Counted from the stretch's first letter, positions 40,023 through 50,263 are shown. The stretch: 64,000 bases of DNA from Bacteroidales bacterium (GCA_040768485.1 JAXGMU010000001.1:63079-127078), one strand, 5' to 3'. Notes: a model not told the origin generated them from the letters alone. Numbers and translations: made by a program.

Positions 40023-40799
40023 TTAAACATTCTGAAGGTAGGTGCCCGATTTGACCGTTTCCAGGAACTGGTTCATGAACCTGGCAGCCGGCGCGCCATC
40101 CACGATGTCATGATCAAAGGATCCGGTCAGGCAGAGGTATTCCCTGGTTTCATGCCTGTCATTGATGAAAACCGTTCTGTGTTCGATACTCCCGACGGTG
40201 ATCAGCACGGTACCGGTGCCGTGGGGGATAAACCAGACCGGTTCCCGGCTGAACATGCCAACCGCGGTCACTGCCACCTCCCCGTACCGCATGGCCATCT
40301 TTATATTTCTGGCCGCAATTCGAACAAATGTCTTCAACAGGAATTTGGGAATGAACCGAATCCATCCCATTCCCGCACTCTCACCGAGTCCTCTGGAGAC
40401 ATTTTTCTGTGCATCCCTGATCTGCTGGCTGATCTGCCTGTAAGTCAGATTCTGGGCAGCCCGGATGCTGACAGGCTCCGGTACCTTTTCACCATCAAAT
40501 TCACGTTCGACCAGCACACTGATGGTCACATCCTCAAGGGTGATCAGCCTGTTCCTTCGTATGAATGCATTGAGATGGGGATGTTCCTTGACCACCTGCG
40601 CCAGGCAATACACAATGTAGGCAGTGAATGAAAGCTTTTCGCCTGTTTTCCCGAAATGTGCTTTGATCAGCCGGCGGGGTTCCGTAATATCCACCTGTGC
40701 AACAGAATGAATGGTGTTCTTCCTGGCGGTGACAGAAGCGGATGCCGCTACCATCTTCCTGTTGAAACCCAACCGCTCTGAAGTATATTCTTTCTGCAT
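40023..40799 (-). CDS. Stand-alone 2-oxoacid dehydrogenase E2 catalytic-domain protein (paralogue of 23384..24157)
   Basis: CLTGSFDHDIVDGAPAARF; no lipoyl domain. Confidence 0.85.
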   Translation of the reverse strand: MQKEYTSERLGFNRKMVAASASVTARKNTIHSVAQVDITEPRRLIKAHFGKTGEKLSFTAYIVYCLAQVVKEHPHLNAFIRRNRLITLEDVTISVLVEREFDGEKVPEPVSIRAAQNLTYRQISQQIRDAQKNVSRGLGESAGMGWIRFIPKFLLKTFVRIAARNIKMAMRYGEVAVTAVGMFSREPVWFIPHGTGTVLITVGSIEHRTVFINDRHETREYLCLTGSFDHDIVDGAPAARFMNQFLETVKSGTYLQNV

Positions 40800-40801
40800 G
40801 A

Positions 40802-41641
40802 TCAATTCTTTCTGGATTCGATCCAGGAATCAAAATCAGTATCCGCTTTCCCCAGAATGGCCAGCTCTTCTTCAGGGACCTCCGGTTCCTGCACCTTTTC
40901 AAAATAGGAGAAAAGGGATGCAGCAAATTTCAATTGCCTGTTACCTGTCAGGAAGGCGATGAGCCTGAGCACCGGGATCGGCGTTTCGGAGACTTTCTTA
41001 ACTTCCGGATGGAGTTCCGCACAGTATTTTTCAAGCATCTCCTTCATCCTGTACCGCTCCGGACCATAAATGTAGTAAATTCCGCTGCTGTTTCCCCCAT
41101 TCAGGTACGCATTGGCAACCTTCTTCCCGAAATCATCCGCTGCCACCCAGTGATATAATCCGGTTTGTTTCCCCAGGACCGAGGCTTTGCCGTCCCTGAC
41201 CATCATCGCAAGCGATTCGAAGAACCAGGTCGGCCTGAAAATAAACCAGGGTATCCCGCTCTGCATGACCATCTGCTCCGCCCTGAATTTTTGATCAATG
41301 AAGCCGAACCACCTGTTTTCCTCGGTAACCGTGCAACCGGAGACCATGCTGATCCGTTTGATATTGTGCTTCACCGCTGCATCCAGAATGGCCCTGGTGG
41401 CCAAGGCATCATCCACTCCGGAGACAGATATATGTACCGCATCACAGCCACTCATGGCCTTTTCCAGGTCGGCAGGGCGAAACAGGTCGCCCTGCATGAT
41501 CTCATAATCATTGATGAACATGGAAGGATTCACACTGCGGGAAAATAATCTCAGTTCAAAGCCCGCTTCATCCAGTTTCCGGATCGCCGGACCTGCAAGC
41601 ATTCCGCTTGCACCGATTACAAGTATTTTCATCTTTTTCAT
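40802..41641 (-). CDS. NAD(P)H-binding NmrA/atypical SDR protein
   Basis: VIGASGMLA, QKFRAEQ, FRPTWF. Confidence 0.8.
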   Translation of the reverse strand: MKKMKILVIGASGMLAGPAIRKLDEAGFELRLFSRSVNPSMFINDYEIMQGDLFRPADLEKAMSGCDAVHISVSGVDDALATRAILDAAVKHNIKRISMVSGCTVTEENRWFGFIDQKFRAEQMVMQSGIPWFIFRPTWFFESLAMMVRDGKASVLGKQTGLYHWVAADDFGKKVANAYLNGGNSSGIYYIYGPERYRMKEMLEKYCAELHPEVKKVSETPIPVLRLIAFLTGNRQLKFAASLFSYFEKVQEPEVPEEELAILGKADTDFDSWIESRKN

Positions 41642-41653
41642 TTTTGAGTTTTA

Positions 41654-42046
41654 TTATTGTGTGATATGATTTTCGAATGTGATCACCAGGTAACTGAAGA
41701 TCGTTGAACTGATCAGGTACAGAATGGTTGTAACTCTGTGTACAGTTAACATGGGCCCCTGCAGCGTATCCAGGCTCATCATCCCTCCCGAGACGAGCAG
41801 TCCGGTGGCAAAAAGGATCATGGCCCCGAGCAACAGGTAATGTATCATGCCGGTATCTTCCACTCTGAGAAACTTCACTGCCACGATGGACATGAGAACG
41901 ATCATGGCAACCGTGCACAGCTTATGGACCGTAAACAACAAAGTTGGGTAGGGTTTTCCCGACCGGTGAAGAAAGATCCCGGCAACCAGGATCAGCACGA
42001 CGAGGATGCTGCTGATAATGATTTTTAAGGTGAGTGTTGCTTGCAT
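41654..42046 (-). CDS. Small 4-TM membrane protein
   Basis: Four hydrophobic segments with TM histidines (TVHKL, TVHRV); in operon. Confidence 0.65.
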   Translation of the reverse strand: MQATLTLKIIISSILVVLILVAGIFLHRSGKPYPTLLFTVHKLCTVAMIVLMSIVAVKFLRVEDTGMIHYLLLGAMILFATGLLVSGGMMSLDTLQGPMLTVHRVTTILYLISSTIFSYLVITFENHITQ

Positions 42047-42088
42047 TTTGATTTGTTTTAGATTGATTTGTTACTCTCCTGGTGTTCT

Positions 42089-42856
42089 CTAATTCTGAAC
42101 GGCCATTTTTCTTGCCGCAAAATCAAACAGCCTGCCCATGGTTTTCTTGACGGGATTGAGTTTCACAGGATAGTAGTAGTCAGATTGGAACCATCCCTTT
42201 TCGGTGAAGTATGTATAATCCCGGTATTGATCATCCAGCATCATTTTCATGCTGGTCCTGCTTAACCTGTAAAGCATCAGTTTCAACAGTGATGGAGCCG
42301 GGTAAGCCTGCCTGACCAGTTCCCTGTAATACTTTTTGCTTTGTTTCCCGATCAGGGCCTCTGTCTTCCGACGGGCTTCATCGGTTAAAGGTTCAAGGGT
42401 TTTGATACAGAATCCCTTTACCACGTTAAATCCCAGTCCGCCACCCACGAAGTCCAGGTATTTCACGATGGCTTTCCCGCCGTAGATCCCCTGTGCGACG
42501 ATGGAAGTGAAGGTTTTTCCGAAATACCTGGGGCGATGCAGAACGAATCCAAACCGGTCCAGGAATACCTTCATCTGGCCGGATACCTGGAAGGTATAAT
42601 TGGGACTGGCAAAGACCACCCCGTCGGATTGCATGATCTTTTCCATCAACAGATCCCTGTCGTCTTTGAGTGGGCATTTTTCCTCACCCCTGTCCAGGCA
42701 GAGCTTGCATCCCCTACATGTTTTCAGGTGATAGTCGTTCAGGGCGATGATCTCATATTCTACATCACCTTGGGTTTGCAGATTTTGTAAGAATTTTTCT
42801 GTAGCCTGGTAGGTATGCTTTTTTCGTGCGCTCCCGACAATTGCTGTTACTTTCAT
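42089..42856 (-). CDS. Flavodoxin-fold iron-sulfur flavoprotein / NADPH-FMN reductase family
   Basis: IVGSARK, CRGCKLC..G..KC Cys cluster, FASPNY...SGQMKVFLDR. Confidence 0.88.
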   Translation of the reverse strand: MKVTAIVGSARKKHTYQATEKFLQNLQTQGDVEYEIIALNDYHLKTCRGCKLCLDRGEEKCPLKDDRDLLMEKIMQSDGVVFASPNYTFQVSGQMKVFLDRFGFVLHRPRYFGKTFTSIVAQGIYGGKAIVKYLDFVGGGLGFNVVKGFCIKTLEPLTDEARRKTEALIGKQSKKYYRELVRQAYPAPSLLKLMLYRLSRTSMKMMLDDQYRDYTYFTEKGWFQSDYYYPVKLNPVKKTMGRLFDFAARKMAVQN

Positions 42857-42925
42857 CTCTTTCTCTGGTTAATTGTTTCACAATGATTGATGAAACAAAA
42901 GTACGGGAAGCGTACGGGGGGATTG

Positions 42926-42941
42926 TTTGACAAATGTCAAA
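42926..42941. promoter_or_regulatory. Crp/Fnr-type palindromic operator
   Basis: TTTGACA-AA-TGTCAAA (TTGAC-N4-GTCAA) about 25-40 nt upstream of a minus-strand TACTTTTG -7 box (42896-42903). Confidence 0.7.
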
Positions 42942-42965
42942 AAAAACAATCAGATGGATTTCCAG

Positions 42966-43916
42966 TTAAGGTCCCTCTTCATGCTTGACCACCATTCCAT
43001 ATTCATCATAAACAGTTTTGCTCCAGCTTCCGTCTTGATGGACCACGTAAACGATCCACGTATATGTTCTCTGAAGTTTATAGCTGTAAAGACAGGTTGT
43101 AAAAGTGACGGTTTCATCAGGTTCGATCATCAGCTGCCTGATCATACTGATGTGATACCCGTGCATCTGTTCACAGCTGTGCGTGATGGTTGTATGGATA
43201 TATGTGGCCAGGGATTTTGATTCCCCCATAAAATGCAACCAGGCATCCTGTCCTTCCACTTCATGGATAAATTCCCACAGGATATCCGGGGTACATGGAG
43301 GTTGGGGATAAAAGTTGACACTGTACCTGTATATACTGATTGTTAAATCCTTCGCCGTGATCCAAGACTGGATTACCAGGTCATCATAGACCTCTCCGTT
43401 ATCAGCTTCCCCATTCAGTCTCACATCCATGAGCCATGCTTCCGGACTGTCCCGCTGGGTAAGCACAATTTCCAGCTTCCCGTCATTCTCCCATTTCGTG
43501 AATTTGCAATTCCAGTTAGGTGTACCTTCATTGAAACATTCCATTTTCCACTCCCCGTCTGATGATATCCCTCTGGATTGAAGCCGTTGTTCCGCGGTTC
43601 CGGAGGCGGATTTTTTGGATCCGTCAGCATCGACAAAAGCAGGGAATATGGCCTTTTCGCGTGAGCTGTTGATAAGTTCTACCAGGGATACAATTTTTTG
43701 CATCATCGTATCACCGGACGCATATATATGGTCGGGCAATTCAACAGGGGCCAGATCCATATATAATTTCTGATTCTTTCCGATTTTTTCAAATACGGCA
43801 TCCAGATCCTCATAGGTACCTGTGGAAGATGGATCGTTATTGTCATCTTTTTTGCAGGAAGAAAGCAGCCCTGCTAACACGAAGAGAGATAATGTAATCA
43901 GATAAATTGCTTTCAT
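42966..43916 (-). CDS. Hypothetical lipoprotein
   Basis: MKAIYLITLSLFVLAGLLSSC-KKDDNND: lipobox plus K/D-rich surface-export-like signal. Confidence 0.75.
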   Translation of the reverse strand: MKAIYLITLSLFVLAGLLSSCKKDDNNDPSSTGTYEDLDAVFEKIGKNQKLYMDLAPVELPDHIYASGDTMMQKIVSLVELINSSREKAIFPAFVDADGSKKSASGTAEQRLQSRGISSDGEWKMECFNEGTPNWNCKFTKWENDGKLEIVLTQRDSPEAWLMDVRLNGEADNGEVYDDLVIQSWITAKDLTISIYRYSVNFYPQPPCTPDILWEFIHEVEGQDAWLHFMGESKSLATYIHTTITHSCEQMHGYHISMIRQLMIEPDETVTFTTCLYSYKLQRTYTWIVYVVHQDGSWSKTVYDEYGMVVKHEEGP

Positions 43917-44097
43917 GGTGTTTGTTTGTACGTGAAAAACGCAGAAAGCCAAGAAAGTGGCAGGGATCACACCCAATTAAGGAATAAATTTACAAAGATA
44001 TCATCCTGAAGTCAAGTTTCTATTTATCAGATACCTTCGAAAAACAGCCAGACAAAATCTCTGATCCTTCTTTCGCCTGAAATAAAGGATTGCCGTT

Positions 44098-46482
44098 TTA
44101 ATTCAATTGATTCCCGATCTTTAATCCCACATAAACCGTTCTGGGATTCAGGGGACCATATACATATCCGGGATCCCGGTCGATCCCTGCATCAATGTCT
44201 CTTTGATAGGCATTGAAAATATTTCTCATCCCGGTAAAAAGCCTTAATGTTGCCCCGTTTAGCCTGATGTCATAACGCAATTTGAGTCCCATTTCCAGAA
44301 ACCTTTGTGATACGCGTAATTCTCCCTGGTTCGGGTCCGGCTGATCTGTCCCGAAATATGGCACCAGCATTTTACCGGTATAGTTCGCAGTTGAAGAAAG
44401 TCCAAAGCTGCCGGTTGTCTGCCAGTCCAACGCCATGTAGCCATAGTCACCCGGGGTGCGGAGAAATCTTTTTTCATTGAATTCCTGAGCCTCCTCGTAA
44501 AAGCTGCTCTGAACCGTAAATCCGGTTTTCAGAGTCAGTTCTTCGGCCGGGGCCATGTTCAACTCAAAATTCAGTCCCCGTACGCTGGCTCCCTTTTCAG
44601 CATTATCCCGGGTATAGATCACCCTGCCTTCTTCGTCCGGCTGGCTGTAATGATTGGAGAAAGGATTATTCAAATGCGTATAAAATCCTTCCACAAGAAA
44701 ATTCAAATATAGACCGCCAAACTGCCTGTTCAGATCCATAGAGGCCATGAAACTGTGACTTGTTTCCTGGGTCAGATCCGGACTGTTCCGGTGGATCACT
44801 TTTCTTGAACCGGAGGTTTCGATGTGCAGGTCTTCATCAAAGATCTGGGGAGCCCTGTATCCTCTGGAATAACTGAGTCTGGCCTGCAGATAATACTGGA
44901 TATCGTATTTGAGGGTGATTCTCGGGCTGAGTACATTCCCCGAGTTATCCGAACCAGCATTCTCGTTGTCTCTCACATGATACCTGTCAAATCGTGCACC
45001 CGCTGATACCTGAAACTTATTCAAATTGAGCTCATACTGGGCAAATATACCTGTCGCACGGGTGGATTGGTCAGCAACAAGCACATTATCAGTATGTAAA
45101 ATTTCAACCACAGAATCGTTCTCCACGAGAGGATTGTCAAGATCCGGATATCCCAGCTTCTGATCTTTCAGCCATGTCCCGCTGTTTTCAATACCCGCAG
45201 TGAACCCGGACCGGCCCAGAACTGCCTTATACTGTGCTCCGAATGTAAAGGAAAAATCGCGGGTGTTCCCGTAATCCCTCAGCGATTGCCCGGCACCATA
45301 GTAAGAGTCCCGATTCATACTATGACCTGATGCATAAATTGAAAAATGATCATTTTCTCTGAAATAGCGCTCATAGGTAACCGCTGCAGTGTTCAGGTCA
45401 TGTTGAACCGATTCCGCGATGTTGGATTCATGCAAAGGGTAGTCGAACCTGTCCCCTCCCCGTCTGTCTTCCATGATATGAAAGAAATCGACAGTTATTT
45501 TACTTCGTAATCCGAACCGATGGAATACCCGGCTACCGATGGTAATGTTCTTCAACCGGGAAATTTCTGAAAAATCATCGCTGTTTGCATCAAACGGATC
45601 CCTGCTACGGGAAAAGCCGTACAATGCCATTCCTGTTTTGCTGTCAGAGGAAACCAGGGATGTATTGAACTGAAGTGAATGATCCTTTGCAGGGTCTCCT
45701 GAATGGCTCATTCCCAGGCCCATCACTCCGCCGGTTGCACCGATCTCGTAAGCGTTGTTGATGGGATCTTTCAATATCAGATTAATGGTGCCTGCGATGG
45801 CATTGCTGCCATATAACGCAGAACCACCCCCACGGATGATTTCCACCCGTTCGATCATATTGGAGGGAATCAGTTCCAGACCGTATACCCCGGAAAGACA
45901 GCTGAAAACAGGACGGCTGTTGATGAGTATCTGGGAATAAGGGCCTTCCATCCCGTTCATTCTGACCTGCGAAAAACCACAATTCTGGCAATTGTTCTCC
46001 ATTCTCAATCCGGGACTAAAATTCAATCCATCGCTCAATGCGACAGCCTGATATGCTGCGAAGATTCTTGATGTAATGGTATTGACGATCACCGGAGATT
46101 CCTTCCGGTTGGTTTTGCTCCTGGTCCCGGTAACAATGACTTCTTCGAGACCCAGCACGTCCCTTTCCAGTTCGAAATTCAGCTCCCGGGTTTCTCCCCG
46201 GCGTATGGTAATTTCTTTTATCATGGGTTTGTGTCCCATATAATCAGCCCTGATTAAATGGGTGCCCGGGGGCAGATTGATCAACTGGTAGTGCCCTGTT
46301 TCATCTGTTGATGTCCCTATGGTTGTTCCCTCCACGGTGATCGTGGCAAAGGACAAATGCTCCGTACAATTGAGACAGATGACATGTCCGACGATATTCG
46401 CATCGGTTTGTTTCTCCTGGGAGTTCATTGCATGCGTAACTGACAGGAGCATCAATGTCAGGATCATATTTAGTTTATGCAT
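44098..46482 (-). CDS. TonB-dependent receptor (probable metal/metal-chelate uptake)
   Basis: CarboxypepD-like N-terminus, EEVIVTGTR, ENNCQNCG, IERVEIIRGGGSALYG, YVYGP..PRTVYVG. Confidence 0.93.
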   Translation of the reverse strand: MHKLNMILTLMLLSVTHAMNSQEKQTDANIVGHVICLNCTEHLSFATITVEGTTIGTSTDETGHYQLINLPPGTHLIRADYMGHKPMIKEITIRRGETRELNFELERDVLGLEEVIVTGTRSKTNRKESPVIVNTITSRIFAAYQAVALSDGLNFSPGLRMENNCQNCGFSQVRMNGMEGPYSQILINSRPVFSCLSGVYGLELIPSNMIERVEIIRGGGSALYGSNAIAGTINLILKDPINNAYEIGATGGVMGLGMSHSGDPAKDHSLQFNTSLVSSDSKTGMALYGFSRSRDPFDANSDDFSEISRLKNITIGSRVFHRFGLRSKITVDFFHIMEDRRGGDRFDYPLHESNIAESVQHDLNTAAVTYERYFRENDHFSIYASGHSMNRDSYYGAGQSLRDYGNTRDFSFTFGAQYKAVLGRSGFTAGIENSGTWLKDQKLGYPDLDNPLVENDSVVEILHTDNVLVADQSTRATGIFAQYELNLNKFQVSAGARFDRYHVRDNENAGSDNSGNVLSPRITLKYDIQYYLQARLSYSRGYRAPQIFDEDLHIETSGSRKVIHRNSPDLTQETSHSFMASMDLNRQFGGLYLNFLVEGFYTHLNNPFSNHYSQPDEEGRVIYTRDNAEKGASVRGLNFELNMAPAEELTLKTGFTVQSSFYEEAQEFNEKRFLRTPGDYGYMALDWQTTGSFGLSSTANYTGKMLVPYFGTDQPDPNQGELRVSQRFLEMGLKLRYDIRLNGATLRLFTGMRNIFNAYQRDIDAGIDRDPGYVYGPLNPRTVYVGLKIGNQLN

Positions 46483-46613
46483 CTTATGTCGATGTTAATG
46501 ACAAGTCGGTGATCATATCTGAGTTCATTTTTATGCTATTCAGCTGGATTGATCCTTGCCTGATCAAACACACCCAAATGAATAAAGTACTGAGGAAACG
46601 GGGGAAAATCTGA

Positions 46614-46979
46614 TTACACAATCGGGGGAGCCCTGCCCTGATTGGTATTGGAGATCGGGGAAAGCAAAGACGAAACAACCTGAAACCTGTATCCGGTCTT
46701 TCCTGAAAAAACTCCCGGAATGAAAACTGCAAGGAACGTCAGGAAAAGAATATTCAGGTTATCAAGGAAAATAAATTCAAAACTTGAATGGTGATGGGAT
46801 TGAGGTGATCCTGAATTCTCTGATTTATCATACGGATGGGAATGCACAATGATGGAACCATCTGCGAGCACATGGGTATGCATGAAGATTCCGCTGTTGG
46901 CGATGAGTATAAAAATCATCCCCACCATCACAAATGTGATGCATCGCTTCATATGTATGCTGCTCACGATGTTGTTCAC
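46614..46979 (-). CDS. His-rich small protein ending in RAPP; putative metal-responsive leader/arrest peptide
   Basis: TM segment, FMHTHVLADGSIIVHSHPY...SHHHS, second hydrophobic segment, C-terminal QGRAPPIV; alternative ATG start at 46952. Confidence 0.75.
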   Translation of the reverse strand: MNNIVSSIHMKRCITFVMVGMIFILIANSGIFMHTHVLADGSIIVHSHPYDKSENSGSPQSHHHSSFEFIFLDNLNILFLTFLAVFIPGVFSGKTGYRFQVVSSLLSPISNTNQGRAPPIV

Positions 46980-47010
46980 CCCGGCACGAAGTTAAGAAAA
47001 GATGACGAAC

Positions 47011-47571
47011 TTATGACCGCCGGATCCTGCTCAGGGTGGCGATATCGATCCCCAGGTAGGAGGCGATGTGCTTCAGGGCCACCCGCTGGAGGATATCCGG
47101 GTGTTTCTTCATAAAGAGCTGGTACCGCTCCGATGCTGTCAGCGTCTGCAGTTGGATGGAGCGGTTCATGAGGGAATTGAATTTGAATTCATCCACATCT
47201 TTTGCAATCTGGCGCCAGGCCGGGACGACCTCCATCAGGGCCAGCATTCGTTCATGTGTGATCACATCCAACTCGCAGTCTTCCATGGCAATAATGAACT
47301 CCCTGGAGGGTACCTGGTCATTGAAACTCTTCATGGAGATCACCACGGTCCCCTGCTTGAAAAAATGTGTGGTGATGTCATTGGCCTGGTCATCATAGAA
47401 AAAAGACCGCATCAGTCCTTTCCTGAGATATCCAAGACGGGTGGCCACCTTCCCTTTCTCCAGGAAAAGTGATTTTGCCGGTAAGCTCACAGGTTCGAAC
47501 CGGGACAGCGTCTCCTGCCAGTCCGAATCAGTAAAACCGTAATGCTCAACCAGCCTGTCTTTGAAATCCAT
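47011..47571 (-). CDS. Crp/Fnr-family transcriptional regulator
   Basis: cNMP-binding domain (KGLMRSF), ASERYQLF, HIASYLGI...TLSRIR HTH. Confidence 0.92.
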   Translation of the reverse strand: MDFKDRLVEHYGFTDSDWQETLSRFEPVSLPAKSLFLEKGKVATRLGYLRKGLMRSFFYDDQANDITTHFFKQGTVVISMKSFNDQVPSREFIIAMEDCELDVITHERMLALMEVVPAWRQIAKDVDEFKFNSLMNRSIQLQTLTASERYQLFMKKHPDILQRVALKHIASYLGIDIATLSRIRRS

Positions 47572-47646
47572 GCAAAAGCTAAGATAGGAGTAAAACAGGA
47601 AAAACGGTTGGCGAATACGGAATTTCACGTGTATCTTTGACCTGCT

Positions 47647-48690
47647 ATGAACTGGAAAATGCTGTGTTCGGGATTGATTTCAATGTTTATGACCTCCGGA
47701 GTCCTGGCGGAGGATCATCGCAACGCAACTGAACAATTTCCGTCCGATGATACCACCGGTATCAAAGCTGATAAGCCCCTTTACAGGGATCCCGTGCATG
47801 ATGGTGCGGCAGATCCGGTCGTCATCTGGAACGATCAGGCCGGGAAGTGGTTCATGTATTACACCAACCGGAGGGCAAACATACTGGATGGTCAGGGAGT
47901 ATCCTGGGTGCACGGTACCCGTATCGGGATCGCTGCTTCGGACAATGGCGGGGCAAGCTGGCAATACCTGGATACATGCGATATCCGGTACCGCGTCACC
48001 GGTGAATACACCTTTTGGGCTCCTGAGGTGATCGAACATCTCGGAACCTATCACATGTACCTTACCTATGTGCCGGGAATTTTTTCAGACTGGCGTCATC
48101 CCAGGTGGATCGTGCACCTGACCAGTGAGGACGGGGTCAGCTGGGAATTCCAATCCAGGCTCTCCCTTGCTTCCGAAAAGGTGCTGGATGCCTGTGTGAT
48201 CCGGATGCCCGGCGGAAACTGGCGCATGTGGTATAACAATGAAGCGGATGGAAAATCCATGTATTATGCCGACAGTCCCGACCTCTATAGCTGGACGGAC
48301 AGGGGGAAAATGCAAGGTTTCGGCAGGGGGGAAGGCGCAAAAGTGTTTCACTGGAGAGACCGTTACTGGATGATCGCGGACGAATGGCAGGGTCTTGCGG
48401 TGTACGTTTCCGATGATCTGGAAAACTGGAGCCGCCAGCCCGGCAACATCCTCCGGGAACCGGGGAATGGGGAAGACGACCGGGTCCAGGGGGGACATTG
48501 CGATGTGGTGGTCTCGGGCGACAGGGCCTATATCTTTTACTTTACCCATCCGGGCAGAAGGCACGAAGTACCAGATTCTGAGATCATTGAAAAACGCAGG
48601 AGCTCCATCCAGGTGGCCGAGCTTCAGTACGAGGACGGTAAGATAACCTGTGACCGGGACCGGCCGGTCCGGATCAATCTTTCTGAGTAA
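47647..48690 (+). CDS. Glycoside hydrolase family 43-like five-bladed propeller
   Basis: Signal peptide; GAADP, FWAPEV, VLDA, GEGA motifs. Confidence 0.82.
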   Translation: MNWKMLCSGLISMFMTSGVLAEDHRNATEQFPSDDTTGIKADKPLYRDPVHDGAADPVVIWNDQAGKWFMYYTNRRANILDGQGVSWVHGTRIGIAASDNGGASWQYLDTCDIRYRVTGEYTFWAPEVIEHLGTYHMYLTYVPGIFSDWRHPRWIVHLTSEDGVSWEFQSRLSLASEKVLDACVIRMPGGNWRMWYNNEADGKSMYYADSPDLYSWTDRGKMQGFGRGEGAKVFHWRDRYWMIADEWQGLAVYVSDDLENWSRQPGNILREPGNGEDDRVQGGHCDVVVSGDRAYIFYFTHPGRRHEVPDSEIIEKRRSSIQVAELQYEDGKITCDRDRPVRINLSE

Positions 48691-48693
48691 GGA

Positions 48694-49314
48694 TCAGTCC
48701 TTAAATATCAATTGATTCACCCGCTGGATCTCTTCCTGTGAAACCGTGTGCGGGCGACCATCATATATCTGCAGGGTTACTTCTGCATTCATCTCTTTCA
48801 GCACATCCGCGCTTTCATGAATGCGTTCCAGCGGAACATGCGGATCCGGGGTCCCTGTTGAAAGGAAAACCTGTGTGCCGCCGAAGTCACCCGAATACCG
48901 CTCCCGGTAGATCCTGTCCCCGATCAGCCCTCCCGTCAGGGCTGCCACACCGCCGTACCGTGTTGCATTCCGTGCGGCAAATTCTAGGGATAGACAGGCT
49001 CCCTGGGAAAAACCCAGGAAGTAAGTATTCTCTGCTGTGATTCCCTGATCCGCAACATCACGGACAATTTCCCGAATCACTTCCAGGGCAGAACCCAGCC
49101 AGGGTTCGTTTTGCTCCGGCTTTGCCATGAAGGAATGCGGATACCAGGTGAAATTGGTGGCCTGGGGTGCCAGAATGGCATAACCGTCAACGTTTAGTTC
49201 AGGAACAAGCCCTAGAATATCCCCTGCGCTGGCTCCCCGGCCATGCAGCATGATCAGCGCCTTTTTTGCTAGTTTCAGGGACTGGCCTGCCAGATGAAGG
49301 TCTCTGGTGTGCAT
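48694..49314 (-). CDS. Phospholipase/carboxylesterase (alpha/beta hydrolase)
   Basis: LHGRG, GFSQG nucleophile, DPHVP, PHTV. Confidence 0.9.
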   Translation of the reverse strand: MHTRDLHLAGQSLKLAKKALIMLHGRGASAGDILGLVPELNVDGYAILAPQATNFTWYPHSFMAKPEQNEPWLGSALEVIREIVRDVADQGITAENTYFLGFSQGACLSLEFAARNATRYGGVAALTGGLIGDRIYRERYSGDFGGTQVFLSTGTPDPHVPLERIHESADVLKEMNAEVTLQIYDGRPHTVSQEEIQRVNQLIFKD

Positions 49315-49318
49315 TCTT

Positions 49319-50263
49319 CTAAACCTCCACTTCAAGTTCGGGCAGGACAGCTTCAATCCTGTCACGCATCGGCTCATATTGCTCGGGCAATTTCAGCGAG
49401 GTACCCAGTTTCTCAACCGGTTCATCCACTGCCATGCCTGGATGATCCGTCGCAATCTCAAACAGCACCCCGCCCGGCTCACGGAAATAGAGCGAAAAAA
49501 AGTACTTCCGGTTGATTTTTTCAGTGATCTGGAGATCCTTTGCCATCACCTTTTCCCTGAAGGCCATCAGCACCTGCTCGTCTTTCACACGGAATGCCAC
49601 ATGGTGATTGGTGCCCCCGGCATTGATGCCCCGCGGCGCTCCGGGAGATTCCAGCAGATCCACAATGGCTGCATTCTCAGCATGATCTGTTTTGAAGCGA
49701 TACGTATTGCCTTCCCTGTCCACTTGCCTGTAACCGAAAACAGCGGTCAATATCTCAGCCGTTTCCCTGATACTGTTCAGGGTGAGGGTGACGGAATGGA
49801 ACCCTTTAATGGCCACATCAGCGTTTACCTCGCCGGTTGTCCATCCCTGCCTGTTGTCCTGGTGCCTTGTCTCTACGAGGGAAAGCAATAAACCGTCCGG
49901 ATCCCGGACCAGCAGGATTTTCTCCCCAAAGCGCTCATCGATGTCGAAATGGTCCACCGCGTGTGCTGCAAAACGTTTTTCCCAGAAATCCAGGCTTCCA
50001 AGGGGTACGGAATATCCAATTTCGGTGGCCATCCCGGTCCCGTTCCTCCCCTGTTTTACACCAGGCCATGGGAAAAATGTAAGCAGTGTGCCAGGTGTAC
50101 CCACCTCGTCTGCGTAATAGAGGTGATAGGTCTGCGGGTCATCAAAATTGACGGTCTTTTTCACCATCCGCAGTCCCAATATCCGGGTATAAAAATGGTG
50201 GTTCCGCTGGGGATCACCCGCGATGGCCGTGATATGATGAAGTCCTAATATCTTATCTTCCAT
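49319..50263 (-). CDS. Ring-cleaving dioxygenase (VOC family, MhqO-like)
   Basis: GLHHITAI, KKTVNFDDP, HHVAFR, SLYFREPGGVLFEIAT. Confidence 0.92.
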   Translation of the reverse strand: MEDKILGLHHITAIAGDPQRNHHFYTRILGLRMVKKTVNFDDPQTYHLYYADEVGTPGTLLTFFPWPGVKQGRNGTGMATEIGYSVPLGSLDFWEKRFAAHAVDHFDIDERFGEKILLVRDPDGLLLSLVETRHQDNRQGWTTGEVNADVAIKGFHSVTLTLNSIRETAEILTAVFGYRQVDREGNTYRFKTDHAENAAIVDLLESPGAPRGINAGGTNHHVAFRVKDEQVLMAFREKVMAKDLQITEKINRKYFFSLYFREPGGVLFEIATDHPGMAVDEPVEKLGTSLKLPEQYEPMRDRIEAVLPELEVEV

